Under the pieces are notes generated by a model. It saw only the letters and a list, made by a program, of their open reading frames with translations, searched no databases and was not told the origin of the DNA. Shown here one piece after another: positions 62,742 to 64,000 of a DNA stretch of 64,000 bases; within the stretch, counting starts at the first letter, position 1, and each line of letters starts with the position of its first letter. The position numbers and the translations under genes were made by a program. This DNA comes from Tubiluchus corallicola (taxonomy: Eukaryota > Animalia > Priapulida), in the NCBI GenBank assembly GCA_030141605.1, contig JAQGDQ010000065.1:680416-744415 (forward strand), written 5' to 3'.

Positions 62742-64000
62742 TCTTTATTTGTCATTAAAAATGGCTCACTCATTACAATAAAATTGAGTAATCCTCAGCG
62801 TAATGTTAAAAACAACACTGTTCAAGACAAATGCGTCCAGTGCAGACTAAAAAAACTAAAGTGTAAAACTAAGGCCTAATTATATACAATAAATGAACAT
62901 ATTTACAAACACAATATTAAAATATTTTTACAAAACAATATTACAAAAAAACATTAAATTTTACAAGACATATTTTACACTATATATACATTTAACATGA
63001 CACAACAGAAACATGTTTTACATTACATAATTTTTTTTTAATTTTACATTTTTAATCGTTTTATGGAGTTAGGGGCGGGGGTAGATGAAAATTGAGTCTG
63101 TGTAATTAGTATCAGATGCACAATGTGGAAGTTGAAACCTGTTATATTGATACTCTTTTAATTTCTTTTTAAAGTGGTGGAGAGATTCTATTAGTTTTAT
63201 TTCACTGGGTAGTAAGTTCCATAAATGTATGGCCTGTTTTGATATAGAGTTATTTCCAAATTTGTTGTTTACTGTAATTTGCTTTAAATTGTGTGTTCTA
63301 TTGTTTAAAGTGGTATCAGGAATGAATGCTAAGGGATTGTTTATAAATGGAATGCTCAGTTTGTTGATATATTTATAAAGAAATATCAGTGTTTTGTAAT
63401 CTCGATAGGCTTCTAATATTGGTATTTTTGTGGACGCTCTTAAGCTTGTTGCAGATGCAGCATGTTGTTTAGCAGTTTTATTAGAATAGCCATGAATTAA
63501 TCTAAGTGCGTAGTTTTTGCATTGTATTTAGTTTTCTAAAGTTTTCATTCTTAACGTTTTGAAGTAAAGTGCAACCATACAGATAATGTGGTAATATTAG
63601 ACTTGTAGATGAGAATTTTTGTTTTCTTTGTCAGATGGCCTCTGGTTTGGCGTAAGAATGCCGTGCTTAATGCCATCTTGTTGTGTATTTGTTGAAACTG
63701 TTCATCCCAAGTGAGTTTATTATCGACAGTAATGCCTAAAAATTTTACATTTTTTGCGTGTTCTATGGAACAGTCACCTACTTTTAGTGTTGCATTAGAA
63801 GTAATGTCATTTGATTTGGGTGATATTACCATAAATTCTGTCTTATCATCATTCATTTTTAGACCAAAATAGTTAAATGCTGCATTTATATTTGTTATGT
63901 CTTTTTCTAGATTATTTTTTGATGTTAGAAAGTCTGCGTGTGCTGTATAGATAGTTTGTCATCGGCATATTGTGTTAAGTCTGAATTATGTAAAACTAAA
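62703..64000 (-). mobile_element. LINE 3' portion (RT C-terminus, 3' UTR, (TA)n tail), continues beyond the window
   Basis: TQYADD at ~63958-63975; MNDDKTEFMVI...KFLGITVDNKLTW; HLWNLLPSEIK (~63200-63230); AATAAA then (TA)n at ~62749-62707. Confidence 0.85.

Overview
AT-rich eukaryotic (most likely invertebrate metazoan) genomic DNA, dominated by nested and decayed transposable elements. Two intron-containing host genes lie on the minus strand. (1) An ABHD11-like mitochondrial alpha/beta hydrolase, with four exons reconstructed from GT-AG sites with matching phases (14761-14652, 6404-6263, 5358-5185, 3330-3160); its 3' exons were not found and probably lie left of the window. (2) A ~1011-aa, 17-finger C2H2 zinc-finger gene (coding exons 39532-37802 and 27460-26156) built from five dispersed copies of one finger pair plus a terminal array. 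The rest comprises Gypsy and BEL/Pao LTR relics (solo LTRs, one BEL nested in another), CR1-group/RTE/Rex LINE fragments, DNA transposons with identifiable TIRs/TSDs (MULE, Merlin, hAT MITEs, Harbinger MITE, Tc1/mariner-like, possible Academ, Helitron-like), a ~149-bp tandem array and microsatellites. No rRNA, tRNA or CRISPR array was seen. All family assignments come from motif recognition by eye, not database searches.
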